This document shows, piece after piece, positions 30,678 to 41,719 of a DNA stretch of 64,000 nucleotides. Location of the stretch: positions 174,375 to 238,374 of the forward strand of contig CAWJNB010000002.1 in NCBI GenBank assembly GCA_963844125.1. The letters are read 5' to 3'. The translations under genes and the position numbers were made by a program. The stretch's first letter is position 1, and each line of letters starts with the position of its first letter. The stretch comes from an uncultured Solirubrobacterales bacterium (lineage in GTDB: Bacteria > Actinomycetota > Thermoleophilia > Solirubrobacterales > Solirubrobacteraceae). The notes beneath the pieces are model-generated. The model was not told the DNA's origin. It was given only the letters and a program-made list of their open reading frames with translations, and ran no database searches.

Positions 30678-30953
30678 AAGCAAAAGTCGCTATTTGCGAC
30701 CCGAGCAAGCCGCGCTACGAGCACTGGGCGTCCTGTCCGAGCCTGACGATCGGGCGTTTGTCCGGACGATCGTGCTGCGCGCCCGCCGCGATTCACCGCG
30801 GGCCACGTACATCGCGCAAAGCGGCGCCGTCGGCACAAAGCAGCATTCGCAGATACAGTTCAGGCAAGCCGACTTTTCAGGGTGCATCTGTGCGGCTATG
30901 GCTCTGCAACCCCGTTAGGAGGTGGGCGCATCGTTCGGGAATGTGCACAGGCG

Positions 30954-32171
30954 GTGAAGGCGCTGATCGACAAATCGACATCGATCGGCGTGCTCCTGCT
31001 GTGCGTGGTGGTCCTGCTGATCCTGGCAGGAGTCATTAGAACACCCAACGGAGGGAGCGCCCCGACCGGCAGGAAGGCGAGGCCGCGCGAGTACATCTAC
31101 CTGGACTCGGCGCGCGTGAACTCGTACCTGGGTCAGATCGACGGCGGCGAATCCACGTCCGAAGATCTGCGGGAAACCACCGCGAGCAACCTCGAACTCA
31201 AGGCCGGAGAGGCCACTGTCGGCGCGACCGCCTCCGAAGGCAAGGCGCTCGTCAAAAGCCTGGTCGTCACGAAAAGCGAGGCCGACAAGTTCTCCGATCT
31301 GCTCGGCGACCTGGAAGCCAAGGAATCAAAAGAATGGCTGGGGGAATTGAACGTCAAAGCAGCATGCAAGTTCGTCGGCGGACTGGGCGGGCCCGCGACG
31401 CTCGACGGGTCGATCGTCCTGATCAAAAACGCGGAAGTGCAGGTTCCCCCGTTCATGTCGGTGTATCCCGAACTGCGGCACGTCAGCTACCGTGTGCTGC
31501 CGGCGACGCCATCCAGAAGGACGGGCAAGAGAGTGGCGGAAGTGTTCAGAGCTCCCCCGCTGACGTCTTTTCGCGCGGTCGACGAAGCGGTGCGAGGCCG
31601 GCCGAAGAAAGAGCAGAAAGAATTCGCCAAGACAGTCGGAGCGAACCCGCGCATTCCGTTCTCCTTCACGGTCAAAGCCACGGCCAAGCAGATGCGTGAA
31701 TGTAAAAAGGAAGAAGAAGCGCAGCAGCGCAAGCAGGTCGTGCCGAGCCCGCTCGAACCGAAGGCCGCGGAACCGAAGGCAGTGGAACTGAGGGCGCGGC
31801 GATCGACGGTCGCCGAAGCGGAGGCCGTGGAATCGAGCGGTTCCGGGCAAGCCAAGGAACTGACGGTCGTGCTGCCGGCGCGGTTTGCCGATCTCACCGG
31901 CGACCCGAGCCTGCTGGCGGTGCCGCTGACGATCGTGGGACTGGTCGTCGACAAGGAGCCCAAGGCATTCGGCGACGGGACGTCGGTGTTGAGTTACTGG
32001 CCTGCGCTGAGCGTCGCGAAAGCGCCGCTGCTGCGCGAGCTTGGAGTGAAGAGCAGGTATCTGAAAATGGGGCGCGTCGCGCAGCGCGAACAGCTGTTCG
32101 AGGCGCTCGAGCGCTCGCTCACCTACGAAGGCCCCGTGGTCGAGATCGTCCCGATCGCGATGTACGACTGA
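30954..32171 (+). CDS. Membrane-anchored hypothetical protein (N-terminus resembles DUF6414)
   Basis: TM helix then YIYLDSARVNSYLGQIDGG; intact ORF; start approximate. Confidence 0.65.
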   Translation: MKALIDKSTSIGVLLLCVVVLLILAGVIRTPNGGSAPTGRKARPREYIYLDSARVNSYLGQIDGGESTSEDLRETTASNLELKAGEATVGATASEGKALVKSLVVTKSEADKFSDLLGDLEAKESKEWLGELNVKAACKFVGGLGGPATLDGSIVLIKNAEVQVPPFMSVYPELRHVSYRVLPATPSRRTGKRVAEVFRAPPLTSFRAVDEAVRGRPKKEQKEFAKTVGANPRIPFSFTVKATAKQMRECKKEEEAQQRKQVVPSPLEPKAAEPKAVELRARRSTVAEAEAVESSGSGQAKELTVVLPARFADLTGDPSLLAVPLTIVGLVVDKEPKAFGDGTSVLSYWPALSVAKAPLLRELGVKSRYLKMGRVAQREQLFEALERSLTYEGPVVEIVPIAMYD

Positions 32172-32247
32172 TCGTCGACCTCGGCCCGCGGCGGTGGATC
32201 CGGCCGCGGGCGGACCCGTCCGCGGGCTGACGGGACAGAGGCCCGGA

Positions 32248-33060
32248 TCAGCTCGAGTCCGGCGCGGCGTCGAGCGGCACGCCGGCCGGGTGGGAGGAGT
32301 CGGAGAACTCGCGGAACAGGCCGGTGACGACGAACGCGACCTGCTCGCCGATGTCCACGGCGTTGTCGCCGATCCGCTCCAGCGCGCGGGCGACGAGGAT
32401 CATGTGCATCGCCCACTCGCGCGTGTCGGGGTCCTCGCCGATCTCGATCGCCATGCGGAAGATGTCGCGGTTCAGGCGGTTGATCTCGTGGTCCTGGCGG
32501 ACGAGGTCCTCGGCCAGTTCGACGTCGCGCCCGGAGAAGGCGGCGCGCGACTGCACGACCTCCGAGCGCGCCTGCGCGCCCATCTTCATGAGCGCGTCGA
32601 GCACCTCGCGGCGCACCGGCGGCTCGTGGCCGGAGAGGGGGATCAGCTTGGCGATGTTCACGCACTGATCGCCCATCCGCTCGACGCGCATGATCACGTG
32701 CAGCAGCGCGGCGACGAGGCGCAGGTCGCCCGCGACGGGCGCCTGCAGGGCGAGCAGCGAGAGGATCCCCTGGTGGACCTCCAGATAGCGCCCGTCGAGG
32801 CGGTCGTCGTCGGCGATCACCATCTGCGCGAGCTCGACGTCCTGGTGGCTCAACGCCTCCATCACGCGGTCGAGCTGCTCGACGACGAGATCCAGCCCGC
32901 CGAGCGCGCGCTCCTGCAGCTCCAGCAGCTGCTGCTGGAAGTGCGCGCGGCCCTGCCGGCCGCGCGCGGGCGCGGCGCCGTCGTTGGGACCGCCGATCGC
33001 GTCCGGGATTTCGGGCTGAGCTGCGCCCGCGCGTGGGTCATTGCCGGCAGCCCCGGTCAT
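32248..33060 (-). CDS. phoU: Phosphate signalling protein PhoU
   Basis: LQAPVAGDLR, ERMGDQCVNIA, ARALERIGDNAVDIGE. Confidence 0.95.
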   Translation of the reverse strand: MTGAAGNDPRAGAAQPEIPDAIGGPNDGAAPARGRQGRAHFQQQLLELQERALGGLDLVVEQLDRVMEALSHQDVELAQMVIADDDRLDGRYLEVHQGILSLLALQAPVAGDLRLVAALLHVIMRVERMGDQCVNIAKLIPLSGHEPPVRREVLDALMKMGAQARSEVVQSRAAFSGRDVELAEDLVRQDHEINRLNRDIFRMAIEIGEDPDTREWAMHMILVARALERIGDNAVDIGEQVAFVVTGLFREFSDSSHPAGVPLDAAPDSS

Positions 33061-33135
33061 TGTCCCAAGCTCCTAGCGGACGGTCGACCAAGCAGAGCAA
33101 GGACGCAGGGAGCGTGGCGTGCGAGACGCACGCGA

Positions 33136-33175
33136 GCTGGCCGATCAGTCGATCGCATCTGATCGACGATCGGTA
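33136..33175. repeat. REP-like imperfect hairpin, copy 1
   Basis: GCTGGCCGATC...CGATC...TGATCGACGATCGGTA, similar to 41720-41757. Confidence 0.7.
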
Positions 33176-33207
33176 AGGACGCCGCTCCGCGCCGCGTCGA
33201 CGGTTCG

Positions 33208-34173
33208 CTAGCCGAACTTTCCGGTGACATATTCCTCAGTGCGGGGATCGTTGGGGGTGGTGAAGATCTCGTCGGTCGGTCCGACCTCGACGAGCCGTCC
33301 GTCGAGCATGAACGCGGTGCGGTCGGCGACGCGCGCGGCCTGCTGCATGTTGTGCGTGACGATCACGATCGTCACGCGCGTCTTGAGCTGGGCGATCAGC
33401 TCCTCGATCTTGAGCGTCGCGATCGGATCGAGCGCCGAGCAGGGCTCGTCCATCAGGATCACCTCGGGGTCGACCGCGAGCGAGCGGGCGATGCACAGCC
33501 GCTGCTGCTGTCCGCCGGAGAGACCCGAGCCGGGCTCGTGCAGGCGGTCGGCGACCTCCTCCCACAGGCCCGCGCCGCGCAACGCGGCTTCGACCTTCGG
33601 CTGCTGCGCGGCCTTCGAGCGTGCGCGGCGCCCGTGCGAGGTCAGGCGCAGGCCGGCGGCGACGTTGTCGAACACGGACATCGTCGGGAACGGGTTGGGC
33701 TTCTGGAAGACCATCCCGATCGCGCGGCGCACGGCGACGACGTCGACGGATGGGTCATAGACGTCGAAGTCGTCGAGCAGCACCCTGCCCTCGGCGCGGG
33801 CGCCGGGGATCTCCTCGTGCATGCGGTTGATGCAGCGCACCATCGTGGACTTGCCGCAGCCCGACGGCCCGATGATCGCGGTCACCTCGTTGGCGCGGAA
33901 CTCGAGGTCGACGCCCTTGACCTGTTCGGCCTCGCCGTAGAACGCGCGCAGGCCCCGCAGGTGCACGGCGAGGCCGGGCTTGCTCAGCGCGGCCGGCCGG
34001 CTCGCGACGGTGGCCTCGGAGCGCGAGGGCTCGGGCGCACGGGCCTGGCGTGGCTCAGCGATCTCGTCGGGATCCATCGCGGCGGTCCTCGGGCCGTGCT
34101 CGACACGCCGGTGCCCAGCGGTGAGGGGAGGCGTTTTTCGGCTTCGGTGTTGGGGGGAAGTGTGGTCATGCAA
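33208..34173 (-). CDS. pstB: Phosphate ABC transporter ATPase PstB (operon 1)
   Basis: [49 protein letters not shown]. Confidence 0.96.
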   Translation of the reverse strand: MHDHTSPQHRSRKTPPLTAGHRRVEHGPRTAAMDPDEIAEPRQARAPEPSRSEATVASRPAALSKPGLAVHLRGLRAFYGEAEQVKGVDLEFRANEVTAIIGPSGCGKSTMVRCINRMHEEIPGARAEGRVLLDDFDVYDPSVDVVAVRRAIGMVFQKPNPFPTMSVFDNVAAGLRLTSHGRRARSKAAQQPKVEAALRGAGLWEEVADRLHEPGSGLSGGQQQRLCIARSLAVDPEVILMDEPCSALDPIATLKIEELIAQLKTRVTIVIVTHNMQQAARVADRTAFMLDGRLVEVGPTDEIFTTPNDPRTEEYVTGKFG

Positions 34174-35065
34174 GGCGACTCCTTCGTGCGACGAGTCGGG
34201 CTATCAGGTTGAGGATCAGGATCATGACGACGAGGGTGAGCGCGGCGCCCCACGCACGGTCTACCACGGCGGTGGTCGGAGATGTGACGTCGTTGTAGAT
34301 TTGCACGGGCAGCGAGTTCATGAACCCGCCGAGGTCGGTGGTCGTCTTGAACGTCGCCCCGGCCGTGAACAGCAGCGGCGCGGTCTCGCCGGCGGCGCGC
34401 GCGATCGCCAGCAGCACGCCGGTCACCATCCCGGGCAGCGCGGTGGGGAGCACGATGCTGAAGATCACCCGCCAGCGCGGCGCGCCCAGGGCGAGCGCGG
34501 ACTCGCGCAGGGCGCCGGGGACGAGCAGCAGGACGACCTCGGCGGAGCGGATCACGACCGGCAGCATCAGCAGGGCCAGCGCGAGCGAGCCCTTGTAGCC
34601 GGCGTAGGAGCTGCCGGTGCCGATGATCAGCGCGATGTAGATGAACAGGCCGAAGATGATCGAGGGCACGCCCGTGAGCACGTCGACGAAGAAGCGCACG
34701 GTGTTGGCGAACCAGCCGCTGCGCCCGTACTCGACGAGCCACACGGCCACGCCGATGCCGATCGGGATCGAGATCACCGAGGCCAGCGCGACGATCTCGA
34801 TCGTGCCGAGGATCGCGCTCTGCACGCCGCCGATGGTGGAGTTCTTGAAGAACGTGTTGCCGGTGGGGTCGGTCGTGAAGAAGCTCCAGCTCCACGAGCC
34901 GAGGCCCTTGCTCAGCAGGTAGTAGACGATCAGCAGGAGCGGGATCAGCGCGAGGATCGTGCCGGCGAGGATCGAGCCGCGGGCGAGCCGGTCCCGGCGC
35001 TTGCGCGCGGGCGTGAGCGCGTAACGGCCGAGGCGCTCGGCGGGTGTCGCGGCGGGCGGCGTCAC
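34166..35065 (-). CDS. pstA: Phosphate ABC permease PstA (operon 1)
   Basis: [44 protein letters not shown]. Confidence 0.95.
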   Translation of the reverse strand: MTPPAATPAERLGRYALTPARKRRDRLARGSILAGTILALIPLLLIVYYLLSKGLGSWSWSFFTTDPTGNTFFKNSTIGGVQSAILGTIEIVALASVISIPIGIGVAVWLVEYGRSGWFANTVRFFVDVLTGVPSIIFGLFIYIALIIGTGSSYAGYKGSLALALLMLPVVIRSAEVVLLLVPGALRESALALGAPRWRVIFSIVLPTALPGMVTGVLLAIARAAGETAPLLFTAGATFKTTTDLGGFMNSLPVQIYNDVTSPTTAVVDRAWGAALTLVVMILILNLIARLVARRSRLA

Positions 35066-36094
35066 AGCCCGGCCGCCCCTGCGATCGTCGGGGGCGCGCC
35101 CTCGGCGCGCTCGCGGGCCGAGGTGCGCTTGGGGGTACGCTCGCGCGCGGCGCGAAGCACGATCAGGCGCGCGATCGCGTTGACGAGCAGCGTCAGCACG
35201 AACAGCAACAGGCCGGCGGCGAACAGCGCCGAGCGGTGCAGCCCCTGGGCCTCGCCGAACTCGTTGGCGATCACCGCGGCGAGCGCGTAGCCCTGGCCGA
35301 ACAGGTGCTGGGGCATCTGCGGTGCGTCGCCGATCATGATCGTCACCGCGATCGTCTCGCCGATCGCGCGGCCGAGGCCGAGCATCGCCCCGCCGATGAT
35401 GCCGCTGCGGCAGTAGGGCAGCACGGCCAGGCGGATCATCTCCCAGCGGGTGGCGCCGAGGCCGAGCGCGGCCTCCTTGTGGTCGGAGGGGACGGTGGCC
35501 ATCACCTCGCGCGAGATCGCGCGAGACGATCGGCAGGATCATGATCGCGAGGATCAGGCCGGCGACGAAGATGTTGGGGATCGTCACGATGCCGCCGCCG
35601 ATGAACGGGACGAACGAGAGGCGGTCGGCGATCCACTGCTCGGCGGGCACGAGCTTGGGGGCGAGGAAGAAGATGCCCCACAGGCCGTATACGACCGAGG
35701 GTACGGCCGCGAGCAGCTCGATCAGGACGGTGACGGGCGCGCGGACGCGTCCCGGGGAGAGCTCGGTGACGTAGATCGCGGTGGCGACGGCGACGGGCAC
35801 GCCGATCAGCAGCGCGAGCCCCGAGGTGATCAGCGTGCCGACGACGAGCGGCAGCGCGCCGAACTGTTCGGCGGAGACGTTCCAGTCGTTGTCGAAGGTG
35901 AAGCCGAGGACGCCGAACTTGGCGAACGCCGGCTGCGCTTCGCCGGCGAGGCGGAAGAAGAAGTAGACGATCAGCGCGAGGATCGCCGCGGCCAGCGCGG
36001 TCAGGCCCCAGCGCAACGCGCGATCGGGAAAGCGCGCGACCGGCGAGCGCCCGAGAATCGAGCGCCCGCCGGTCGGAAGCGATGCTGCCTCCAT
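35062..36094 (-). CDS. pstC: Phosphate ABC permease PstC (operon 1), one frameshift
   Basis: [37 protein letters not shown]. Confidence 0.95.
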
Positions 36095-36156
36095 GGCCCT
36101 TCTATACCCGATCTTCCCGATTTCTTCGGTGCGGGCCATGGAGCGACTCATGCGGA

Positions 36157-37256
36157 TCAGCCGCTGAGCGGCGAGCCGTTGCATTCGAGCTTCGTGACGG
36201 CTTCCTTGGACTTCGCCAGGATCGCGGCCGGCAGCGCCGCGTAGTCGGCCTGGGCGAGCACCGACTGGCCCTGCGAGCCGAGGCCGTAGTTCAGGAACTG
36301 CACGACGCCCTTGGCGGCCGCTTCGCCGCCGGGGATGCCGGCCTTGCACATGTCCTTGTAGACGACCACGAACGTCTGCGAGGTGATCGGGTAGGCCTGC
36401 GCGCCCGCGGGGTTGGAGATCTTGATCCCGAGGTTCGCCGGCACCGTCACTCCGGTCGCGGCGGCGCTGGTCGAGGCCAGGCTCGGCGCGACGAAGTTGC
36501 CGGCCTTGTTCTTGACCGACGCGTAGGTGAAGTTGTGCTGCAGCGCGTAGGCCTGCTCGACGTAGCCGACGGCGCCCGTCGGTCTGCTGCACCGCGCCGG
36601 CGACGCCGGCGTTGCCCTTGGCGCCCGTGCCGGTCGGCCACTGCACGTCCTTGCCTTCGCCGACCTTGCTCTTGAATTCGGGGTCGACCGCGGCCAGGAA
36701 GCCGGTGAAGCCGGAGGTCGTGCCGGAGGAGTCCGAGCGGTGGATGACCGTGATCGGGGTGCTCGGCAGCGACACGCCCGGGTTCAGCGCCTTGATCGCC
36801 GGCGTCGTTCCAGGTCTTGATCTTGCCGAGGTAGATGTCGGCGATCGTCGTGCCTTCGAGCTTCAGGCCGGTCTGCACGCCGGGGAGGTTGTAGGAGACG
36901 GTGATCGCGCCCAGGAACATCGGGATCTGCTGGACGGGGCCGACCTTTTCGAGCGTCGCGAAGTCGGCGGGCTTCAGCGGCGGGTCCGAGGCGCCGAAGT
37001 CGACGGTCTTGGCTCCCAGCGAGGTGATGCCCGCGCCCGAGCCGACGGCCTGGTAGTTGACCGTCAGGGGCGACAGCGAGGATGCCCACTGCTGGTAAAC
37101 CGGGGCGGCGAACGTCGAGCCGGCGCCGGAGATCGTGCCTCCGGAGCTGCTCGAGGTGCTCGACGAGCTGGAGCTTGAGGAGCTGGAGCCGCATGCGCCG
37201 AGGCCGAGCGCTAGCGCCGCGACGCCTGCGAGCGCGCCAATCTTGTTATGGATCAC
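36157..37256 (-). CDS. pstS: Phosphate-binding lipoprotein PstS (operon 1), frameshifted
   Basis: Lipobox [40 protein letters not shown]. Confidence 0.95.
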
Positions 37257-37360
37257 TGAGAGTCTCTCCCTCTGCTGGGTTATATGTGCTGGTCGCCGGC
37301 CGCGAGCGTCCGCGCGCACGCGGAGTCCCCTGCCGGCCGGTGGGTTGGCCTGAGTCAGTC

Positions 37361-37814
37361 TCACGAATCGCCGGCGGCTCCGATGTGAACATTTCGTGAA
37401 AGCTCGTCGGGAGACTCGCCGGCGGCGTCGGCAGCGTGCATGGCGTCGGCCGCGCCCATCACGGTGCCGGTTCTCGCGCGCGGGCTGGGGCTGGAAGCGA
37501 TAGCCGAAGCCCGGGTGGGTGTGGATGAAGCGGCGGTCGGGCATGGCCGTCTCGAGCTTGCCGCGCAGCTTGCTCACGTACACGTCCACCGAGCGGTCGC
37601 CCGCGCGCAGCTCGCCGCCCCAGACCTCGGCGTAGAGCTCCTCGCGCGTGACGATCGCGCCGGCGCGCCGGGCCATCGCCGCGAGCAGTTCGAACTCGCG
37701 CACGGACAGCGTCAGCGCCCGCCCGGTGGCCAGCACGAGACCCTCGCCGAGCCGGATCTCCAGTTCGCCGGCATACAGGGTGCTCGCGTTCTCGGCTGTG
37801 CCCGCCACGGGCAC
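37361..37814 (-). CDS. Stand-alone OmpR/PhoB-type winged-helix protein with no receiver domain (ends approximate)
   Basis: LSVREFELL...GDRSVDVYVSKLRGKL...HTHPGFGYRF. Confidence 0.8.
37385..37401 (-). promoter_or_regulatory. PHO-box-like repeat upstream of pstS1
   Basis: Minus strand TTTCAC-gaaat-GTTCAC, 11-bp period. Confidence 0.65.
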
Positions 37815-37854
37815 ATAGCCTGGCCTGGACGGCCGCCGGGCTGGTTGCGAAATC

Positions 37855-37882
37855 GTGATCGAGTCGTGAAGAACTCGTGAAG
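37855..37882 (-). promoter_or_regulatory. PHO-box-like triple repeat between the wHTH gene and DUF47
   Basis: GTGATC, GTGAAG, GTGAAG at 37855, 37866 and 37877. Confidence 0.55.
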
Positions 37883-37922
37883 AGAGCCCGTCGGCTGGGC
37901 GGATGTCCATAATCTGCCGCAG

Positions 37923-38553
37923 ATGAGCCTGCTCAGCCGTCCCATCGACACGACCCTGGCGACGCTGCTGGAGGACGCGGGACGCAACGTGCGAGCGTTC
38001 GGCGCTGCTGCTGCGCGAACTGCTCGCGGCGTTCCCCGAGCACGCGACGCTCGCGCAGGATCTGGCCGCCTGCGAGCGCGAGGGCGACCGCATCACCCAC
38101 GACATCATCTACCGCATGGGCGGCGGGCGGCGCGTGCGCGCTCCGTTCGACGCCGGCGACGGATACGCGCTGGCGACGGCGATCGACGACGTGGTCGACT
38201 ACACCGAGCAGGCGGCGGCGCAGCTCGACCTGTACGGGGTCGAAGCGCCGATGGAGCAGGCCGTGGAGTTCGCCGACGTGCTCGTCGCCGCCGGGGCGGA
38301 GATCCTCGGCGCCCTGCGCTGCCTGCACAGCGGCGGTGAGCTCGCCCCGCATCTGGTCGAGATCCACCGCCTGGAGAACGAGGGCGACCGCCTGCAGCGC
38401 GACGCGGTGACCTCGCTGTTCGCGGGTGGCATCGACCCGATGGTGGTGATCCGCTGGAAGGACATCTTCGAGTCGCTGGAGACGGCGGTGGACGCGTGCG
38501 AGACGGTCGCGCACGTGCTCGAGGGGATCACTTTGAAGCGGAGAAGGCGCTGA
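37923..38553 (+). CDS. DUF47 family (PhoU-like phosphate transport regulator), frameshifted
   Basis: EREGDRITHDI, LATAIDDVVD, LENEGD, IRWKDIFESLETAVDACE. Confidence 0.9.
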
Positions 38554-38559
38554 CGCGCC

Positions 38560-38679
38560 CCAAGCGGCGCATGCGCCGCTTGGCCTGACGGTGCATGCAC
38601 CGTCAGGAGGAACCCGCGCATGCGCGGGTTCCAGGCAGGGTCGCATGCGACCCTGCCCCATCGCCGCATGCGGCGATGG
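38560..38679. repeat. Array of five abutting perfect palindromes with GCATGC centres
   Basis: 38560-38583, 38584-38607, 38609-38632, 38634-38657 (24 bp each) and 38658-38679 (22 bp), each checked as its own reverse complement. Confidence 0.97.
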
Positions 38680-38746
38680 CCTCAACCGGATGTCCTATTA
38701 ACATCAAGGGCGTGTATCAGACGCTTGGGGCCTGTGCCCTTGCACC

Positions 38747-38768
38747 CGGCCCGCCGCAAGGCGGGCCG
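38747..38768. terminator. GC hairpin with GCAA loop between convergent genes
   Basis: CGGCCCGCC-GCAA-GGCGGGCCG. Confidence 0.7.
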
Positions 38769-38779
38769 CGTCGTTCCTC

Positions 38780-39547
38780 TCACCCAACCGTAGTCGCCGG
38801 GGCACTCGCTTCCAGCCGCGCCCCGCTCGGGCTGCCCTGCAGGAACGCCTGAAACGGCAGCGACGCGCCCGCGCCGACTTCCGGCAGCACCGCTCTGCCG
38901 GCCGCGACCACCTGTCCACCGCGACGCGCGAGCACGTAGACGACGAGGTTCTGCTGCGTCACGCTCGACTCGTTGTGCACCGTACCCGCAGCGCCCGGCG
39001 TGCCGCCTTCTTCGCTTGCGTGCACGCCGTGCACTTCTATGCGCGGCGGCGGCCCGCTCGCGCTCGGCGCTTCGCCCACGATCGCGCTCACGCTTGCGGG
39101 CGTGCCCGAGGCGAGGATCTGATCGTCGATCCACGTCGCCCGGCCGTGCCCGGCCAGCGAGCCCAGCGAGGTCAGCGCCGGTTCCAGGCCCGCCGCGTTG
39201 TTCTGGAAGATCGTCGTGCCGTGCGCGTCCTTGACCGTGATCGCGATCGGCACCGCGCGCAGCGTCCGCGCCGAGGCGTTGTGCAGCAGAACGACCGCCG
39301 CGTTGCCTTCGTGGCCGTGCACGATCGTCGCGCTCAGCACGCGCACGTCGCCGCTCGCCCTGGCGATCGTCAGGCCTTTTTCGGCCAGGCGCGTGTGGTG
39401 GGCGGCCTTTTCGAGCTTCGCGCTCTTTTCGGCCGTCGTCTCACACCCGCTGAGCGAGACCGCGAGCGCGGCCGCCGTCAACGCCGCCGTAAGCGCTCTC
39501 GCCGGCGTCCTCACGAGCCGTCTCGTCTGCGGTCCTCGCGGGCGCAC
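38780..39547 (-). CDS. Lipoprotein of unknown function (two Ig-like/FxLYD-like halves)
   Basis: Lipobox LSGC; halves with VLLHN and GTVHN motifs; last gene downstream of pst operon 2. Confidence 0.75.
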   Translation of the reverse strand: MRPRGPQTRRLVRTPARALTAALTAAALAVSLSGCETTAEKSAKLEKAAHHTRLAEKGLTIARASGDVRVLSATIVHGHEGNAAVVLLHNASARTLRAVPIAITVKDAHGTTIFQNNAAGLEPALTSLGSLAGHGRATWIDDQILASGTPASVSAIVGEAPSASGPPPRIEVHGVHASEEGGTPGAAGTVHNESSVTQQNLVVYVLARRGGQVVAAGRAVLPEVGAGASLPFQAFLQGSPSGARLEASAPATTVG

Positions 39548-39593
39548 GGCTAGCGGACGTAACGCGCGGCGGGGAGCTGCGCGTGCACGGGGC

Positions 39594-40584
39594 TCACCCG
39601 AACACCCCGCCGACGTAGTCGCGCGTGCGCTGGTTGCGCGGCGCGCCGAAGATCTGCGCGCTCGGGCCGTACTCCACGAGCTCGCCCAGGTGCATGAAGG
39701 CGACGTGGTCGGCCACGCGCATCGCCTGCTGCAGGTTGTGCGTCACGATCACGATCGCCACCTCCGAGCGCAGCTCCACGATCAGCTGCTCGATCGTCGC
39801 CGTGGAGATCGGATCCAGCGCCGAGCACGGCTCGTCGAGCAGCAGCACCTCCGGCTTGACCGCCAGCCCGCGCGCGATGCACAGGCGTTGCTGCTGGCCG
39901 CCCGAGAGGCGCAGCGCGGGGTGGTCGAGGTCGCCCGCCACCTCGTCGTAGAGGCCGGCGCGGCGCAGCGCCGCGACCACCTCCGGCTCCAGCTCGCGGC
40001 GCGAGCGCCGCTTGCGGCGCCGTCCGGGGGCGTGCTCCTCGCGCAGCGCGTAGGCGACGTTCTCGTAGATGCTCATCGGGAACGGGTTCGGCTGCTGGAA
40101 GACCATCGAGATGCGCCGGCGCAGTGCGTTGACCTCCATCGTCTCGATCTCCTCGCCGTCCAGTGCGATCCGTCCCGCGCGCGTGGCGCCGTCGGTGATC
40201 TCCGTCAGGCGGTTCAGCGAGCGCAGCAGCGTCGTCTTGCCCGAGCCCGACGCGCCGATCAGCGCCAGCACCTCACCCTGGCGCACCGGCAGGCTCACGT
40301 CGCGCACCACCCAGCGATCGCCGTAGGCGAGCCACACGCCTTCGATCGCACATGCGCTCGATCCTCGCGCTCGCCGGCGGGCGCGTGGTCGCAGCGGCGG
40401 GGGGGTTCGCGGCGCTCGGCGCGGCGTGCCCGTTCGGGGCGATGATCCCCGTCGCCGGGCCGCTCGTGGGGCTCGCAGCGGAGACCGGCGGGAAGTCCGC
40501 CGGTGTGAGCGGACGGGGCTCGAGGACGGTCGGATTGCCGTGGCCGGCGATCCGGCGCGCGCGGGGCGGTCTCGTGGGGCTCAT
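39594..40584 (-). CDS. pstB: PstB (operon 2), long N-terminal extension, one frameshift
   Basis: [44 protein letters not shown]. Confidence 0.93.
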
Positions 40585-41627
40585 GTCGAGTCCTCGCTGC
40601 CCCGTTGCCAGAACGGCAGCCACGACCACGCCACGATCCGCTCGAACATGCCACGGCGCTCGTGCGTGATGCGCGTCACGAGCGCGTTCAGCGCGATCAC
40701 CATCAGCAGCAGCACGAACGCCGCCGCATAGGCCTTTTCCGCCTGGTTGCCTTCGCCCGCGGGGGAGAAGTATTTGACGTAGCTCGTCAACGTGCCGCCG
40801 GTGCCGCGCAGCGTCGAGAGCCCCGGCGCCCCGCCCGCGCCTTCCAGGTGCAGCGTCGCGCCGAGCAGGATCACGACGATCGCCGTGTCGCCGATGATCC
40901 GCCCCAGACCGAGCGTCACGCCGCCCGCGATATTGCGGCGGATCGAGGGCAGCAGCACCTTGCGGATCGTCGTGATCCTCGCCTTGCCCAAGCGCGTAGG
41001 AGGCCTCGCGCACGTGAGCAGGCACCTGCGCGAGCCCCTCGCGCGTGGCGCCCACGATCAGCGGCAGCGCGAGCAGCGACATCATCGCCCCGGCCGTCAA
41101 GAACGAGCGCCCGAACACCGATCCGCCGGCCGAGGTCTGCGAGAGGAACGCCAGGAACGGCCGCGAGAACATCAACAGCCCGAAGATCGCCAGCACCACG
41201 CTCGGCGCGCCCGCGATCATCTCGATGCCCGATTCCACTGCCCGCGCGAGCGCCGCCGGGCGCCCGTACTCGCCCAGCCACACCGCCACCGCCACCCCCA
41301 GCGGCGCCGCGATCAGAATGCCGAGCGCGCCCAGCAGCAGCGTGCCGAGGATCGGGTCCAGGAACCCCCCCGAGGTGGCCTGCGTAGCGCCCACGCCCGG
41401 CGAGGTGAACAGCAGGCTCGGGCGCACGTAGGCGATGCCCTTCACCAGCATGAACACCACGATCGCCCCCGCCGCCAAGCACAGCCCGATCCCGACCGCC
41501 CAGCACAGCACGTACGCGGCGCGGTCGATCAGCGGCCAGCTTCCCACCGAGTCGCGCGGGCGCCGCGTCGCAGCGCGCTCGCGGGGGGCGCCGTCAGGAC
41601 CTCGGGTGTCGTGATGGATGCACTCAT
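40581..41627 (-). CDS. pstA: PstA (operon 2), frameshifted
   Basis: AGAPSVVLAIFG, REASYALGK, GRIIGDTAI, AYAAAFVL. Confidence 0.9.
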
Positions 41628-41719
41628 ATCAATCGATCCTGTGGATGTTCACTACGCCGACATGGACACGCAGGACAAGCTGGGCAAGGATTGAAAGGCC
41701 CGCCCACCCCGCGTGGTGT

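Noticed and set aside
34166..38108. Long fused ORFs in the track (869-aa PstS-C-A, 553-aa wHTH-PstS) as real fusions
   Set aside because: They arise from frameshifts and stop-poor GC-rich frames; the separate genes have their own starts and overlaps.
38560..38679. Palindrome array as a CRISPR array or simple terminator
   Set aside because: The constant part is only 6 bp, the variable parts are self-complementary, and there is no U-tract. A separate conventional hairpin lies at 38747-38768.
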